Below, piece after piece: positions 18,201 to 28,767 of a DNA stretch of 64,000 bases; the first letter of the stretch is position 1; each line of letters begins with the position of its first letter. A model generated the notes under the pieces. It worked only from the letters and a program-made list of their open reading frames with translations, was not told the DNA's origin and did no database searches. Source of the stretch: an uncultured delta proteobacterium (lineage in GTDB: Bacteria > Myxococcota > Myxococcia > Myxococcales > Anaeromyxobacteraceae); NCBI GenBank assembly GCA_963814585.1, contig CAWFDF010000008.1, positions 32,001 through 96,000 on the forward strand, given 5' to 3'. A program made the position numbers and the translations under genes.

Positions 18201-20366
18201 ATGCTCCTCTCCTCGCTGGCCTGCTCCCTGATGCTGACCGCCGCTCCCCCCACCCCCGCCGCCCCGTCCAACCCGCTGCTCGCCCCCTGGGCTGGCCCGT
18301 ACGGCGGCGTCCCGCCCTTCGCCACGGCCCGGGTCGAGCAGCTCAAGCCGGCGCTGGAGGCCGCCATGGCGGAGGAGCTGGCCGCCGTCGCCGCCATCGC
18401 CGCCAACCCGAAGCCCCCCACCTTCGACAACACCATCGCGGCGCTGGAGCGCTCCAGCCGCACGCTCGACCGGGTCCGGACCATCTACGACGTCTTCGGC
18501 GGCACCATGAGCACGCCCGCCTTCCAGGCGGTCGAGACCGAGATGGACCCGCGGCTGGCGGCCCACCGCGACCGCGTCGTCCAGGACGAGAAGCTCTTCG
18601 CCCGGATCCAGGCGGTCTACGACGGGCGCGAGAAGTCAGGCCTCTCCCCCGAGCAGAAGCGGCTCAGCTGGGTCTACTGGAACGCCTTCGTCCGGGCCGG
18701 TGCGCGGCTCGACGCGGCCTCCAAGGTCCGGGTCGCCGCCATCAACCAGCGGCTGGCCAGCCTCTTCACCGCCTTCTCGCAGAACCTGCTCGGCGAGGAG
18801 TCGGAGCTCCGGCTGGTGCTGGAGCGGGAGTCGGACCTGGCCGGCCTGCCAGCCTCGGTCCGGGCCGCCGCCGCCGAGGCGGCCACCGCGGCCAGGCTCC
18901 CCGGGAAGTGGGTGATCTCCAACACCCGCTCCAGCGTCGAGCCCTTCCTCACCAACTCGACCAACCGGGCGCTGCGCGAGCAGGCCTGGAGGATGTTCGT
19001 CACCCGTGGCGACCACGGGGACGCCCGCGACAACAAGAAGCTCATCACCGAGATCCTCCAGCTGCGCGGCGAGCGGGCCCGGCTGCTCGGCTACCCCACC
19101 CACGCCCACTGGAACACCGACGACAACATGGCGAAGACGCCGGAGCGGGCCGTCGCGCTCATGGAGGCGGTCTGGCCGGCGGCGCTGGCCCGGGTCGGCG
19201 AGGAGGTGGCCGACATGCAGGCCATCGCCGATCGGGAGGCGGCCGGGCTGACCATCGAGCCGTGGGACTACCGCTTCTACGCCGAGAAGGTCCGCAAGCA
19301 GAAGTACGACCTGGACGGGGCCGAGGTGAAGCCCTACCTGCAGCTGGAGCAGTTGCGCGAGGGGATGTTCTGGGTGGCCGGCCGGCTCTTCGACCTCCAC
19401 TTCACGCCGGCCACCGGCCTCCCGGTGATCCACCCCGACGTGCGGGTCTGGCAGGTCAAGGACGGCGCCGGCACGCTGGTCGGTCTCTGGTACTTCGACC
19501 CGTACGCCCGGGCCGGCAAGCGGTCCGGCGCCTGGATGAACGCCTACCGGGACCAGGAGCGGTTCGACGGCCCCGTCACGACCATCGTCTCCAACAACTC
19601 CAACTTCGTGAAGGGGGCGCCCGGCGAGCCGGTCCTGATCGGCTGGGATGACGCCGATACCCTCTTCCACGAGTTCGGCCACGCCCTGCACGGCCTGGCC
19701 TCCAGCGTCACCTACCCGTCGGTCTCCGGGACCTCGGTGCCCAGCGACTACGTCGAGTTCCCCTCCCAGATCCTGGAGCGCTGGCTCTCCACGCCCGAGC
19801 TGCTGGAGCGGTTCGCCCGGCACGTCAAGACCGGCCAGCCCATGCCCCAGGCGCTGCTCGCCAAGATCGAGAAGGCCTCCCGGTTCAACCAGGGGTTCGC
19901 CACCGTCGAGTACCTGTCGTCGGCGCTGGTCGACATGAAGATCCACCTGGCCACTGGCCCGGTCGACCCGGCGGCCTTCGAGCGGGACACCCTCGCAGCG
20001 CTCGGCATGCCGCGTCAGATCGTCATGCGCCACCGGCTCCCCCAGTTCGCCCACCTCTTCTCCAGCGACGGCTACGCGGCCGGCTACTACAGCTACCTCT
20101 GGTCCGACAGCATCAGCGCCGACGCCTTCGAGGCCTTCACCGAGGCCACCGGGCCCTACGACGCCGGGGTGGCCCGCAAGCTCAAGGCCCACGTCTTCTC
20201 GGTGGGGAACTCGGTCGACCCGGTCGAAGGGTACCGAGCCTTCCGCGGGCGAGATCCGGGGGTCGGGGCCCTGATGCGCCGGCGCGGCTTTCCCGAGCCG
20301 AAGCCGTCCCCGGTCCAGGCCCCCGCCCAGGCGCCGGCCCAGGTCCCTGCCACCACCCGGCCGTAG
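18201..20366 (+). CDS. dcp: M3 family metallopeptidase (peptidyl-dipeptidase Dcp-like), probable signal peptide
   Basis: NPLL, KRSGAWM, LFHEFGHALH zinc motif, DYVEFPSQ and YAAGYYSYLW. Confidence 0.9.
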   Translation: MLLSSLACSLMLTAAPPTPAAPSNPLLAPWAGPYGGVPPFATARVEQLKPALEAAMAEELAAVAAIAANPKPPTFDNTIAALERSSRTLDRVRTIYDVFGGTMSTPAFQAVETEMDPRLAAHRDRVVQDEKLFARIQAVYDGREKSGLSPEQKRLSWVYWNAFVRAGARLDAASKVRVAAINQRLASLFTAFSQNLLGEESELRLVLERESDLAGLPASVRAAAAEAATAARLPGKWVISNTRSSVEPFLTNSTNRALREQAWRMFVTRGDHGDARDNKKLITEILQLRGERARLLGYPTHAHWNTDDNMAKTPERAVALMEAVWPAALARVGEEVADMQAIADREAAGLTIEPWDYRFYAEKVRKQKYDLDGAEVKPYLQLEQLREGMFWVAGRLFDLHFTPATGLPVIHPDVRVWQVKDGAGTLVGLWYFDPYARAGKRSGAWMNAYRDQERFDGPVTTIVSNNSNFVKGAPGEPVLIGWDDADTLFHEFGHALHGLASSVTYPSVSGTSVPSDYVEFPSQILERWLSTPELLERFARHVKTGQPMPQALLAKIEKASRFNQGFATVEYLSSALVDMKIHLATGPVDPAAFERDTLAALGMPRQIVMRHRLPQFAHLFSSDGYAAGYYSYLWSDSISADAFEAFTEATGPYDAGVARKLKAHVFSVGNSVDPVEGYRAFRGRDPGVGALMRRRGFPEPKPSPVQAPAQAPAQVPATTRP

Positions 20367-20415
20367 GGTCCCGGGCGCGCCATCCGGCCCGCGGGTGCAT
20401 GGTAGCTTCCCGGCC

Positions 20416-20958
20416 ATGCGCTCGCCGGCCGGCCTCGCCCTGCTCGCCCTGCTCGCCGCCTGCCAGGGGGGCAGCGGCACGCCAGCCGGCCCGGTGGCAG
20501 GGCCCAGCGCGGTGGCCCAGTCCGGCGTCGCCGCCAGCAACGAAGTGGCCGCCCCCGCGCCGGTCCTCGAGCTCACCGGAACCGCGGCCTTCGCCACCTC
20601 CGGCACCGGGACCACCTCCCTCCAGGCCGGCAGCGAGACCGGCGTGGACCCGCGGTCCAGCTTCCGGGTGGAGCTCGCCGCAGCCTTTCCCGACGCCCGC
20701 CTCTCGCTGCTCGACGCCGGAGACGCCATGGTGCCCGCCTCCGGGACCCGCGAGGTGGGCCAGGCCACCCTCCTGACCCTGGCCCCCACCGCGGCGCTGC
20801 CGGCCGGGGCTCGCCTTCGGCTTCGCGTCGATGGGGCCGCCACCCGCGAGCTCCACGGCGCCGACGGTCGGCGCTTCGCGCCCGTCGAGTGGCCGGTGCT
20901 GGTGGCCGGGGAGCCGCCCGACAGGAAACCGCCGGGTCGCAAGGGCAAGCGCCGCTGA
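20416..20958 (+). CDS. Hypothetical lipoprotein, possible Ig-like (Big_5-type) beta domain
   Basis: Lipobox LLAA-C after a hydrophobic stretch; LTLAPTAALPAGARLRLRVDG resembles bacterial Ig-like domains. Confidence 0.6.
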   Translation: MRSPAGLALLALLAACQGGSGTPAGPVAGPSAVAQSGVAASNEVAAPAPVLELTGTAAFATSGTGTTSLQAGSETGVDPRSSFRVELAAAFPDARLSLLDAGDAMVPASGTREVGQATLLTLAPTAALPAGARLRLRVDGAATRELHGADGRRFAPVEWPVLVAGEPPDRKPPGRKGKRR

Positions 20959-21053
20959 GCGCCGGCCCCTCATGGCGCCACCCACTTGGCCCGATCCCTG
21001 TTGCAGCACGTGCTGCTTGCCTGCGCCGGGCCCAGGCCAGGCGAGGGGCGCCG

Positions 21054-21452
21054 TCAGCCGCGGGCCGCCGCCTCGATGACCGGCAGCACCGGCAGGTCGG
21101 CCTCGCAGAAGTCGTACTCGGCGAGCGTCCCGGGGCGCGCCCAGGCGAGCGCGGCCACGCCCAGGGCCTGGGGCTCGGCCCCGTCCGGCAGCCGGCACAG
21201 GTAGAAGGCCAGCTCCACCTCGAGATCGTCGTACCGGTGGCGGTGCCTGGCCAGCAGCGTGCCCACCTCGAGGCTGCAACCGAGCTCCTCGAGGATCTCG
21301 CGCCGGAGCGCCGCGGGCTCGGGCTCGCCGGGCTCCACCTTGCCGCCCGGGAACTCCCACTGGCCGCCGCGCTCGGCGCCGTCGAGGCGCCTGCTGACGA
21401 GGACTCCGGCCGGTCCGCGGATCACCGCCGCCACCACGCGGACCGTCCGCAC
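21054..21452 (-). CDS. NUDIX hydrolase, MutT/NudG-like
   Basis: WEFPGGKVEPGEPEPAALRREILEELG Nudix box; GTG start inferred. Confidence 0.85.
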   Translation of the reverse strand: MRTVRVVAAVIRGPAGVLVSRRLDGAERGGQWEFPGGKVEPGEPEPAALRREILEELGCSLEVGTLLARHRHRYDDLEVELAFYLCRLPDGAEPQALGVAALAWARPGTLAEYDFCEADLPVLPVIEAAARG

Positions 21453-21460
21453 CGGGGGGC

Positions 21461-22552
21461 CTACTCCAGGTCGAGCGCCAGCAGCCTGCCGGCGTTGGAG
21501 AGGGCGTAGACCCGGCGGCCCCGGACTCCCGGTGTCGCCGCGACGCCCGAGCCCGGATCCAGCAGCCGGACCAGCCGGCCGGTGGCCGCCTCGTAGAAGC
21601 GCAGGCCGCCGTCGTGGGCCGGGACCAGCAGCCACCGTCCCGCCATCCGCAGGTCACCGCCGGCGGCGCCCTGCAGCGGCGCCTTCCAGTTGACCTTGCC
21701 GTCCCTGGCCGAGAGCGAGACCACCTCCTTCGAGGTCACCGCCAGCACGGCGCCCCGGTCGACCACCAGGCGGGCCGCGCCCTCGTAAGCCACGGTCCAC
21801 AGCGCCTTCCCGTTCTCGGGGTCGACGGCCAGGATCGCTCCGGAGTAGGCGGCCACGAACAGCCGGCCTCCGGCGACGGCCAGGGAGTCGATGTCCTGGT
21901 AGCGGCCAGAGGGCGCGAGGTGCCGCTCCCAGCGGACCTGGCCGGTGGCCGCTTCCAGGGAAGCGACGGTCCCGTCCGAGTAGGCGGCGAAGACCCGGTC
22001 CCCGTCGACCTGCACCGAGGCAGCTCCCTGGATGGTGAAGCCCTCGCCGAGATCGCGCCGGTGGTGCCACTTCCAGGCGCCGCTGGCCGCCTCCACCGCG
22101 AAGACGGTGTCCTCCAGGCTGGCCACCACCACCAGGCCCTGCACCAGCGTCGGGCGGGTCCCGATCTGCTCCTTGGCCTGGTAGGCCCAGCGGAGCGAGC
22201 CGGTGGCCAGGTCCAGGGCGTAGAGGTTGCCGTCGTGGCAGCCGACGTACACCGTCCCGCCCTCGATGAGCGGCTCGCCCGCGAAGGAGCCCTGCCCCTG
22301 GAACTCCCAGGCCAGCTCCCCGTCGGGGCGCACGGCGTGGAGCCATCCATCACGGGTTCCCACCACCACCCACTCCCCGGTGGCGTCCACGGCGACGCCG
22401 CCGGTCTCGCGCGTCTGGTAGTCGCCGAACCGGGTGGCCACCAGCTCCTTCTTCCAGGCGACGCTGTAGACCTGCCGCGGGATGGCCGGCATCCGGCCAG
22501 CCTCGGCCGGCGTCGTGGCCAGCACCAGGGCCGCGAGCGGACCGAGCACCAT
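21461..22552 (-). CDS. bamB: PQQ-type beta-propeller protein, BamB-like
   Basis: Repeated LYALD..TG..RW motifs; yfgM-bamB/der neighbourhood. No clear lipobox Cys. Confidence 0.7.
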   Translation of the reverse strand: MVLGPLAALVLATTPAEAGRMPAIPRQVYSVAWKKELVATRFGDYQTRETGGVAVDATGEWVVVGTRDGWLHAVRPDGELAWEFQGQGSFAGEPLIEGGTVYVGCHDGNLYALDLATGSLRWAYQAKEQIGTRPTLVQGLVVVASLEDTVFAVEAASGAWKWHHRRDLGEGFTIQGAASVQVDGDRVFAAYSDGTVASLEAATGQVRWERHLAPSGRYQDIDSLAVAGGRLFVAAYSGAILAVDPENGKALWTVAYEGAARLVVDRGAVLAVTSKEVVSLSARDGKVNWKAPLQGAAGGDLRMAGRWLLVPAHDGGLRFYEAATGRLVRLLDPGSGVAATPGVRGRRVYALSNAGRLLALDLE

Positions 22553-23281
22553 CTACCTGCCGCCCAGCCTGGCGAGCCGCTCGGCGGCCTCTCCCGTCAG
22601 GGCCGACGATCGGTGGGCGTCGGAGAAGGACTCCAGCAGCGTCCGCGCCTCGTCGACCTTGCCGGAGGCGGCCAGAAGCCGGGCCCGCTCCAGGTCGGCC
22701 CGGTCGGCGTGTGCCGGCGCCTCGGCGCCGAGCCGGGTCCAGCCGGACAGCGCCGCGGCCTCGTCGCCCTTTCCCTCCGCGGCCAGCGCCAGCCCCTCGA
22801 GCGCCGAGAAGCGGAAGGAGTCCCCGCGCCTCGCCGTCGAGAGGTAGAGCTGGTAGGCGGTCGCCGCGGCGTCGAACTCGCCGAGGCGAAGGGCCGCGTC
22901 GCCCCTGGCCAGCGCCGCCAGCACGGCCTGCGAGGAGCCGGGGTACTCGGTCAGGACGCGCTCCGCGGCCTGCGCCACGGCCCGCTGGCGGGCGGCGTCG
23001 CTCGGGAAGAACGGCCCGGGCAGGCCGGGCAGGGGCACGGCGCTGATCTCGGCGCCGGCGATCCGGTACACCTCGGAGAGGAGCGCCGCGGCCCCGGCCG
23101 AGCGCCGATCCCGGTAGCCCAGGATGGCCAGGCTGGCGATCAGCGCCACCACCAGGGCGCCGCCGGCGATCACCGACTGGCGGCGGTGGCCGGTGAGCCA
23201 CGACGCGGCCTCCCCGGCCGCGACCTGGAACTGGTCGGGCTGCTTGATCTCCTTGCGGCTCAACTCGGTGCTCTTCGACAT
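22553..23281 (-). CDS. YfgM-like TPR membrane-anchored chaperone
   Basis: RKEIKQPDQF N-terminus, one TM helix, TPR-like helices; directly upstream of the bamB-like gene. Confidence 0.75.
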   Translation of the reverse strand: MSKSTELSRKEIKQPDQFQVAAGEAASWLTGHRRQSVIAGGALVVALIASLAILGYRDRRSAGAAALLSEVYRIAGAEISAVPLPGLPGPFFPSDAARQRAVAQAAERVLTEYPGSSQAVLAALARGDAALRLGEFDAAATAYQLYLSTARRGDSFRFSALEGLALAAEGKGDEAAALSGWTRLGAEAPAHADRADLERARLLAASGKVDEARTLLESFSDAHRSSALTGEAAERLARLGGR

Positions 23282-23328
23282 GAGGCCTCGCGGGGCTCGG
23301 CTCGCCCAAGCATTGGAAAAGTCGCGGT

Positions 23329-23357
23329 AATCTAGGTGGACGACCCGCCAGCGTCAA
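23329..23357 (-). promoter_or_regulatory. Putative sigma70 promoter for yfgM-bamB-nudix
   Basis: TTGACG-N17-TAGATT on the minus strand. Confidence 0.6.
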
Positions 23358-23391
23358 GCGGAAGCCGAAGCCGGTCGGGCCGGGCCGGCCG

Positions 23392-24804
23392 TCATCCCTC
23401 GGACCGGCGCGGGCGCTTGCGGCGCTTCCGCTCCCGGAAGACCAGGCGCATCGGCACCTCGAGCCCGAAGGCCTTCCGGAAGCGGTTCTCGACGTAGCGG
23501 CGGTAGCCGTCGCCGATCGCCTCGGGCCTCCCGCAGTTGATGACGAAGGTGGGCGGCGCGTAGGCGACCTGGGCGACGTAGAACAGCTTCACCGGGCGCC
23601 CACCGGACGTCGGCGCCGGGTGCTCCTCCTGGACCTGCTGGAGCAGCTCGTTGAGCTGCGGGGTGGGGAAGCGGGCGCGGAACTGCTCCACCAGCCGGGC
23701 GGCCCGGTCCAGCACCTGGCCGACCCCCTTCCCCGCCCTGGCCGAGACGAAGACCATCGGCGCGAAGGCGACGAAGGGGAGCCGCTTCCCGAGCTCCTGC
23801 CGGTACCAGTCCTGGGTCGCCCCGGCCTGCTCGGCCACGTCCCACTTGTTCACCACCACCACCAGCGCCTTGGCCTTCTCCAGCACCAGCGCCAGCAGCT
23901 TGGCGTCCTGGTCGACGCCGGCCTCGGTGGCGTCCAGCATCACCGCCACCACCTCGGCGTCGTCCATGGCCTTCATGGAGCGGACCACCGAGTAGCTCTC
24001 GATGGTCGTGGAGATCGTGGACTTCCGCCGGATCCCCGCGGTGTCCGTCACCACGAAGCGCCGTCCGCCGTGGATCACCAGCGAGTCGATGGCGTCGCGA
24101 GTGGTGCCGGCCACCTCGGAGACCACGAAGCGCTCCTGGCCCAGCAGCGCGTTGACGAAGGTCGACTTGCCGACGTTGGGCCGCCCCACGATGGCGATGC
24201 GGATGTCCCCGGTGGGGCGCTGGTCCTCGGTGACCTCGTCCGGCTCCTCCCCGGCGTCGGTGAAGGGCTCGAGCTCGGGCGCCGGGGGGGCCGGCTCGAT
24301 GCCCAGCGCGGCCACCACGGCCTCCAGCAGCTCGGCGGTGCCACGGCCGTGCTCGGCCGAGACCGCGAAGACCTCGCCGAAGCCCAGCTCGTAGAACTCG
24401 GCCAGCGGGATCTCGCCCTCGGTCTTGGAGGTGTCGACCTTGTTGACCGCCACGAAGAAGGGCTTCCTGGAGCGTCGCAGCAGGTCGGCCACCGAGCGAT
24501 CGACGTTGGTCAACCCCTCGCGGCCGTCCACCACCAGCACCACGGCGGCCGCCTCCTCGGCGGCGAGCTGGGCCTGCTGGCGGACCTGGGCCATGAGCCG
24601 GTCGCGCGACTCGGGCTCGAAGCCCCCGGTGTCGACCAGCGAGAGCGCCCGCCCTTCCCAGACCAGGTCGGCGTAGTTCCGATCGCGGGTCACGCCGGGG
24701 AGGTCCTGGACGATGGCGACCCGTCGCCCCACCAGCCGGTTGAAGAGCGTCGACTTGCCGACGTTGGGGCGCCCGACCAGGGCGATGACGGGGCGCGCGC
24801 TCAC
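23392..24804 (-). CDS. der: Ribosome biogenesis GTPase Der (EngA)
   Basis: Two GRPNVGKS P-loops, GVTRD/GTTRD, DTGG/DTAG, NKVD/NKWD and a C-terminal KH-like domain. Confidence 0.95.
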   Translation of the reverse strand: MSARPVIALVGRPNVGKSTLFNRLVGRRVAIVQDLPGVTRDRNYADLVWEGRALSLVDTGGFEPESRDRLMAQVRQQAQLAAEEAAAVVLVVDGREGLTNVDRSVADLLRRSRKPFFVAVNKVDTSKTEGEIPLAEFYELGFGEVFAVSAEHGRGTAELLEAVVAALGIEPAPPAPELEPFTDAGEEPDEVTEDQRPTGDIRIAIVGRPNVGKSTFVNALLGQERFVVSEVAGTTRDAIDSLVIHGGRRFVVTDTAGIRRKSTISTTIESYSVVRSMKAMDDAEVVAVMLDATEAGVDQDAKLLALVLEKAKALVVVVNKWDVAEQAGATQDWYRQELGKRLPFVAFAPMVFVSARAGKGVGQVLDRAARLVEQFRARFPTPQLNELLQQVQEEHPAPTSGGRPVKLFYVAQVAYAPPTFVINCGRPEAIGDGYRRYVENRFRKAFGLEVPMRLVFRERKRRKRPRRSEG

Positions 24805-25730
24805 GTCACCAGCCTTCGGACCGCAGCGTCCCTCTCGGTCCAGCGCTCGTCGACCTTGACGGTGATGGCCAGGTAGACCCGGGCCCCCAGCAGCTTCTCC
24901 AGCCGCAGCCGCGCGGCCGTGCCGATCTCCTTGAGCAGCGCCCCCTTCTTGCCGATGACGATGGCCTTCTGCGAGTCCCGCTCCACCCGGATGACCGCCG
25001 CGATCCGCACCAGCCCGCCATCCTCGCGCCGCTCGGCCTCGTCGAACTCCTCGACCTCGACCGCCGCCGAGTAGGGCAGCTCCTGCCGGGTCTTCAGCAT
25101 CACCTGCTCGCGGACGTACTCGGCGGCCAGCTGCCGCTCGGCCTGGTCGGTGAGCTGGTCGGCCGGGAAGAGGGGGGCCGGGCTCGGGGGCATGACCTCG
25201 ACCAGCGTGGCCAGGAGGTCGTCCACGTTCTCGCCGGTCAGGGCCGAGAAGGGCACGATGGCCTTCCAGTGATGCAGGTCCTTGTAGGCGGAGATGACCG
25301 GCAGCAGCGTCTCGCGCGGCGCCCGGTCGGCCTTGTTGATCCCGAGGATGGCCGGCTTCCCGCTCCTCGCCACCTCCGCGATCACGGCCCGGGTCCCCTC
25401 CCCGATCTCGACCCGCCCGCCGGGCCCGGTGCCCGCCTCGATCATCAGCAGCGCCGCGTCCACCTCGTGGAGGGTGGAGAGCGCCACCTCGACCATGCGC
25501 CGGTTGAGCGCCCCCTTGGCCTGGTGGACGCCTGGCGTGTCGAAGAAGGCCAGCTGGTACTGGTCGCCGTTGACGATGCCGAGGATGCGGGTCCGGGTGG
25601 TCTGGGGACGGGGCGTGACGATGGCGATGTGCTCGCCGAGCAGCCGGTTGAGGAGGGTGGACTTGCCGACGTTGGGGCGGCCGATCAGGGCGACGAAACC
25701 GGCGCGGAACTGGGGCTTCTTGCTGGGCAC
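24801..25730 (-). CDS. era: GTPase Era
   Basis: [32 protein letters not shown] and [11 protein letters not shown] motifs. GTG start chosen from the RBS. Confidence 0.95.
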   Translation of the reverse strand: MPSKKPQFRAGFVALIGRPNVGKSTLLNRLLGEHIAIVTPRPQTTRTRILGIVNGDQYQLAFFDTPGVHQAKGALNRRMVEVALSTLHEVDAALLMIEAGTGPGGRVEIGEGTRAVIAEVARSGKPAILGINKADRAPRETLLPVISAYKDLHHWKAIVPFSALTGENVDDLLATLVEVMPPSPAPLFPADQLTDQAERQLAAEYVREQVMLKTRQELPYSAAVEVEEFDEAERREDGGLVRIAAVIRVERDSQKAIVIGKKGALLKEIGTAARLRLEKLLGARVYLAITVKVDERWTERDAAVRRLVT

Positions 25731-25808
25731 GCCCCTCTCTAGCATGCGAAGGCCCGGCGGGCACCTGAGCGCCCCCGGGCCCGCAGGCCAGGAAGAGGCC
25801 GGGATCGG

Positions 25809-26315
25809 CTAGCCGATCGGGCCGCGGGTGATGCTCACCTTCTCCAGCGCCACCTTCTTGTTGCCGGCCCGGCCGATCCTGGGGACCAGCTCGCCGCCCT
25901 TCACGACCTCGCCGAAGATGGTGTGGCCCCGGTTGAGGTGTGGGGTCGGGACCTCGGTGATGAAGAACTGGCAGCCGTTGGTGTTGGGTCCCGAGTTGGC
26001 CATGGCCAGCAGCCCGGGACGGTCGAACTTGTTGTCCGGGCCGATCTCGTCCTCGAACCGGTAGCCCGGCCCGCCGGTGCCGGTGGCGGTCGGATCACCC
26101 CCCTGGATCATGAACTCCGGGATGACCCGGTGGAAGACGGTCCCGTCGTAGAGCGGCGTCCTCGACCTCGTGCCGGTGCCGGGGTGGGTCCACTCCTTGG
26201 TCCCCTCGGCGAGGCCGACGAAGTTCTCCACCGTCCTGGGCGCCTTCTCCGGGAGGAGGCGGATGACGATGTCACCGAGGGAGGTCTTGAAGGTGGCGTG
26301 GATCTGGTCGGCCAT
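25809..26315 (-). CDS. Cyclophilin-type peptidyl-prolyl isomerase (cytoplasmic)
   Basis: [38 protein letters not shown] and HTIFGEV motifs. Confidence 0.92.
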   Translation of the reverse strand: MADQIHATFKTSLGDIVIRLLPEKAPRTVENFVGLAEGTKEWTHPGTGTRSRTPLYDGTVFHRVIPEFMIQGGDPTATGTGGPGYRFEDEIGPDNKFDRPGLLAMANSGPNTNGCQFFITEVPTPHLNRGHTIFGEVVKGGELVPRIGRAGNKKVALEKVSITRGPIG

Positions 26316-26326
26316 GTCGGCTCCGG

Positions 26327-26974
<648 letters not shown>

Positions 26975-26983
26975 GGCGGGATG

Positions 26984-27727
26984 CTAACGGTCGTCGGTCG
27001 AGGCGGCAAGCGTCTCGAGCGCGAGCCGGGCCGCGGCCTGCTCGGCGTCCTTCTTGGAGCGGCCGGTGGCCCGCCCCACCACCTCACCGCGCAGCTCGAC
27101 CTCCACCTCGAACTCCTTGGCGTGGTCGGGGCCCTGCTCGGCCACCACCCGGTAGCGGGGGCCGGTGCGGAGGCGGCTCTGCGCCACTTCCTGGAGCTGG
27201 GTCTTGTAGTCGCGATCGAGCGTCCCCGCGCTGGCCCGATCGAAGGTGGCCTCGAGGTACCGGTCGACCAGGGCCAGCACCGCGGGCAGTCCGCCCTCCA
27301 GGTAGACGGCCGCGACCACCGCCTCCATGGCGTCGGCCAGCAGCGACGGCTTGTCCCGCCCGCCGGTCAGCTCCTCTCCCCGGCCCAGCCGCAGCAGCGG
27401 CCCGAGCTCGAAGGAGCGCGCCAGCGCCGCCAGCCCCGCCTCGTCCACCACCGCGGCCCGCATCTTGGAGAGCTCCCCCTCGCGCGCCCCCGGGAAGCGC
27501 TCCATCAGGCGGTGGGAGATGGCGAGGTCGATGACCGCGTCACCCAGGAACTCGAGCCGCTCGTTGTCCTCGTGCCCCTCGCCCGGGTGCTCGTTGACGA
27601 AGGAGCGGTGGGTCAGGGCGGCCAGCGCCGTCCCCGGGGCCCGGAAGACGACGCCGCTCCGCAGCTCCACCGCGGTGACCAGCTCGCGGTCGGCCGGCGG
27701 GAGCGCGATGTCGGGGCTCGGGGCCAA
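26984..27727 (-). CDS. rnc: Ribonuclease III
   Basis: ALTHRS, NERLEFLGDAV, ADAMEA and a dsRBD (DYKTQLQE...GRSKKDAEQAAA). TTG start uncertain. Confidence 0.93.
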   Translation of the reverse strand: MAPSPDIALPPADRELVTAVELRSGVVFRAPGTALAALTHRSFVNEHPGEGHEDNERLEFLGDAVIDLAISHRLMERFPGAREGELSKMRAAVVDEAGLAALARSFELGPLLRLGRGEELTGGRDKPSLLADAMEAVVAAVYLEGGLPAVLALVDRYLEATFDRASAGTLDRDYKTQLQEVAQSRLRTGPRYRVVAEQGPDHAKEFEVEVELRGEVVGRATGRSKKDAEQAAARLALETLAASTDDR

Positions 27728-27738
27728 GGCTCGCTCGC

Positions 27739-28767
27739 TCAGGGGTGGAGGCGAGCGGCCAGCTCGGCGGCCAGCGCGTACGGATCGGCCTCGCGGTCGG
27801 CGATCCGGGCCGCCACCGCGTCGAGCCGCCCCAGCTCCGACTCGAGCCGGCTGAGCGCGCCGGCCAGCAACCGCTCCCGGAGCAGGGCGATGAAGCCGGC
27901 CCGCGCTCGCGCCACCTCGCGAACCCGCCTCTCGCCGCTGGCGTCCAGCCAGGCAAGGTGGCGCTGCAGGGCCGCGCCCAGCTCGGTCATCCCCTCCCCG
28001 GTCACGGCGACCGTCCGGACGATGGGCGGCTCCCAGCCGGCGTCGGGCTGGTTGGCCGCGACCTGCGTGGGGACCCCGCCGACGACGTGGTGGTGGTCGT
28101 CGTGATCCGGGGGCGGAGCCTGGATGATCCGCCTGACCTCGAGCATCCCCTGCAGGTCGCGGACGGTCCGATCGGCCCCCTCCCGGTCGGCCTTGTTGAC
28201 GCAGAAGACGTCGGCGATCTCCAGCACCCCGGCCTTGATGGCCTGGACGTCGTCGCCCATCCCCGGCACCGCCACCACGACGACGGTGTGGGCCAGGGAG
28301 GCGATCTCGACCTCGTCCTGGCCCACCCCCACGGTCTCGACCAGGACGACGTCCTTGCCCATGGCGTCGAGCACCTGCACCAGGTCGGAGGTCGACCGGG
28401 AGAGGCCGCCCAGGTTCCCCCGGGTCCCGAGCGATCGGATGAACACCCCGGGGTCGGTGGCGTGGTCCTGCATCCGGATCCGATCGCCGAGGATGGCGCC
28501 GCCGGAGAAGGGGCTGGTGGGGTCGACCGCGATCACGCCCACCGTCTTCCCGGCGCGCCGGTGGAGCCCGATGAGCTGGTCGGTGAGCGTCGACTTGCCG
28601 GCCCCGGGCGAGCCGGTGACGCCGATCACCCAGGCCCGGCCGGTCCTCGGGAAGAGGGCGCGCAGGGTCGCCTCCGCCTCTGGATAGCGATCGTCGAGGT
28701 CGCGCATCAGCCGGGCCGCCGCCCGAACGTCCCCGCCCAGGATCCTCTCGGCCAGGGGCGTGCTCAT
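27739..28767 (-). CDS. meaB: Methylmalonyl-CoA mutase-associated GTPase MeaB/ArgK
   Basis: GVTGSPGAGKST, VDPTSPFSGGAILGDRIRM, ETVGVGQDE, GDDVQAIKAG and NKAD motifs. Confidence 0.92.
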   Translation of the reverse strand: MSTPLAERILGGDVRAAARLMRDLDDRYPEAEATLRALFPRTGRAWVIGVTGSPGAGKSTLTDQLIGLHRRAGKTVGVIAVDPTSPFSGGAILGDRIRMQDHATDPGVFIRSLGTRGNLGGLSRSTSDLVQVLDAMGKDVVLVETVGVGQDEVEIASLAHTVVVVAVPGMGDDVQAIKAGVLEIADVFCVNKADREGADRTVRDLQGMLEVRRIIQAPPPDHDDHHHVVGGVPTQVAANQPDAGWEPPIVRTVAVTGEGMTELGAALQRHLAWLDASGERRVREVARARAGFIALLRERLLAGALSRLESELGRLDAVAARIADREADPYALAAELAARLHP

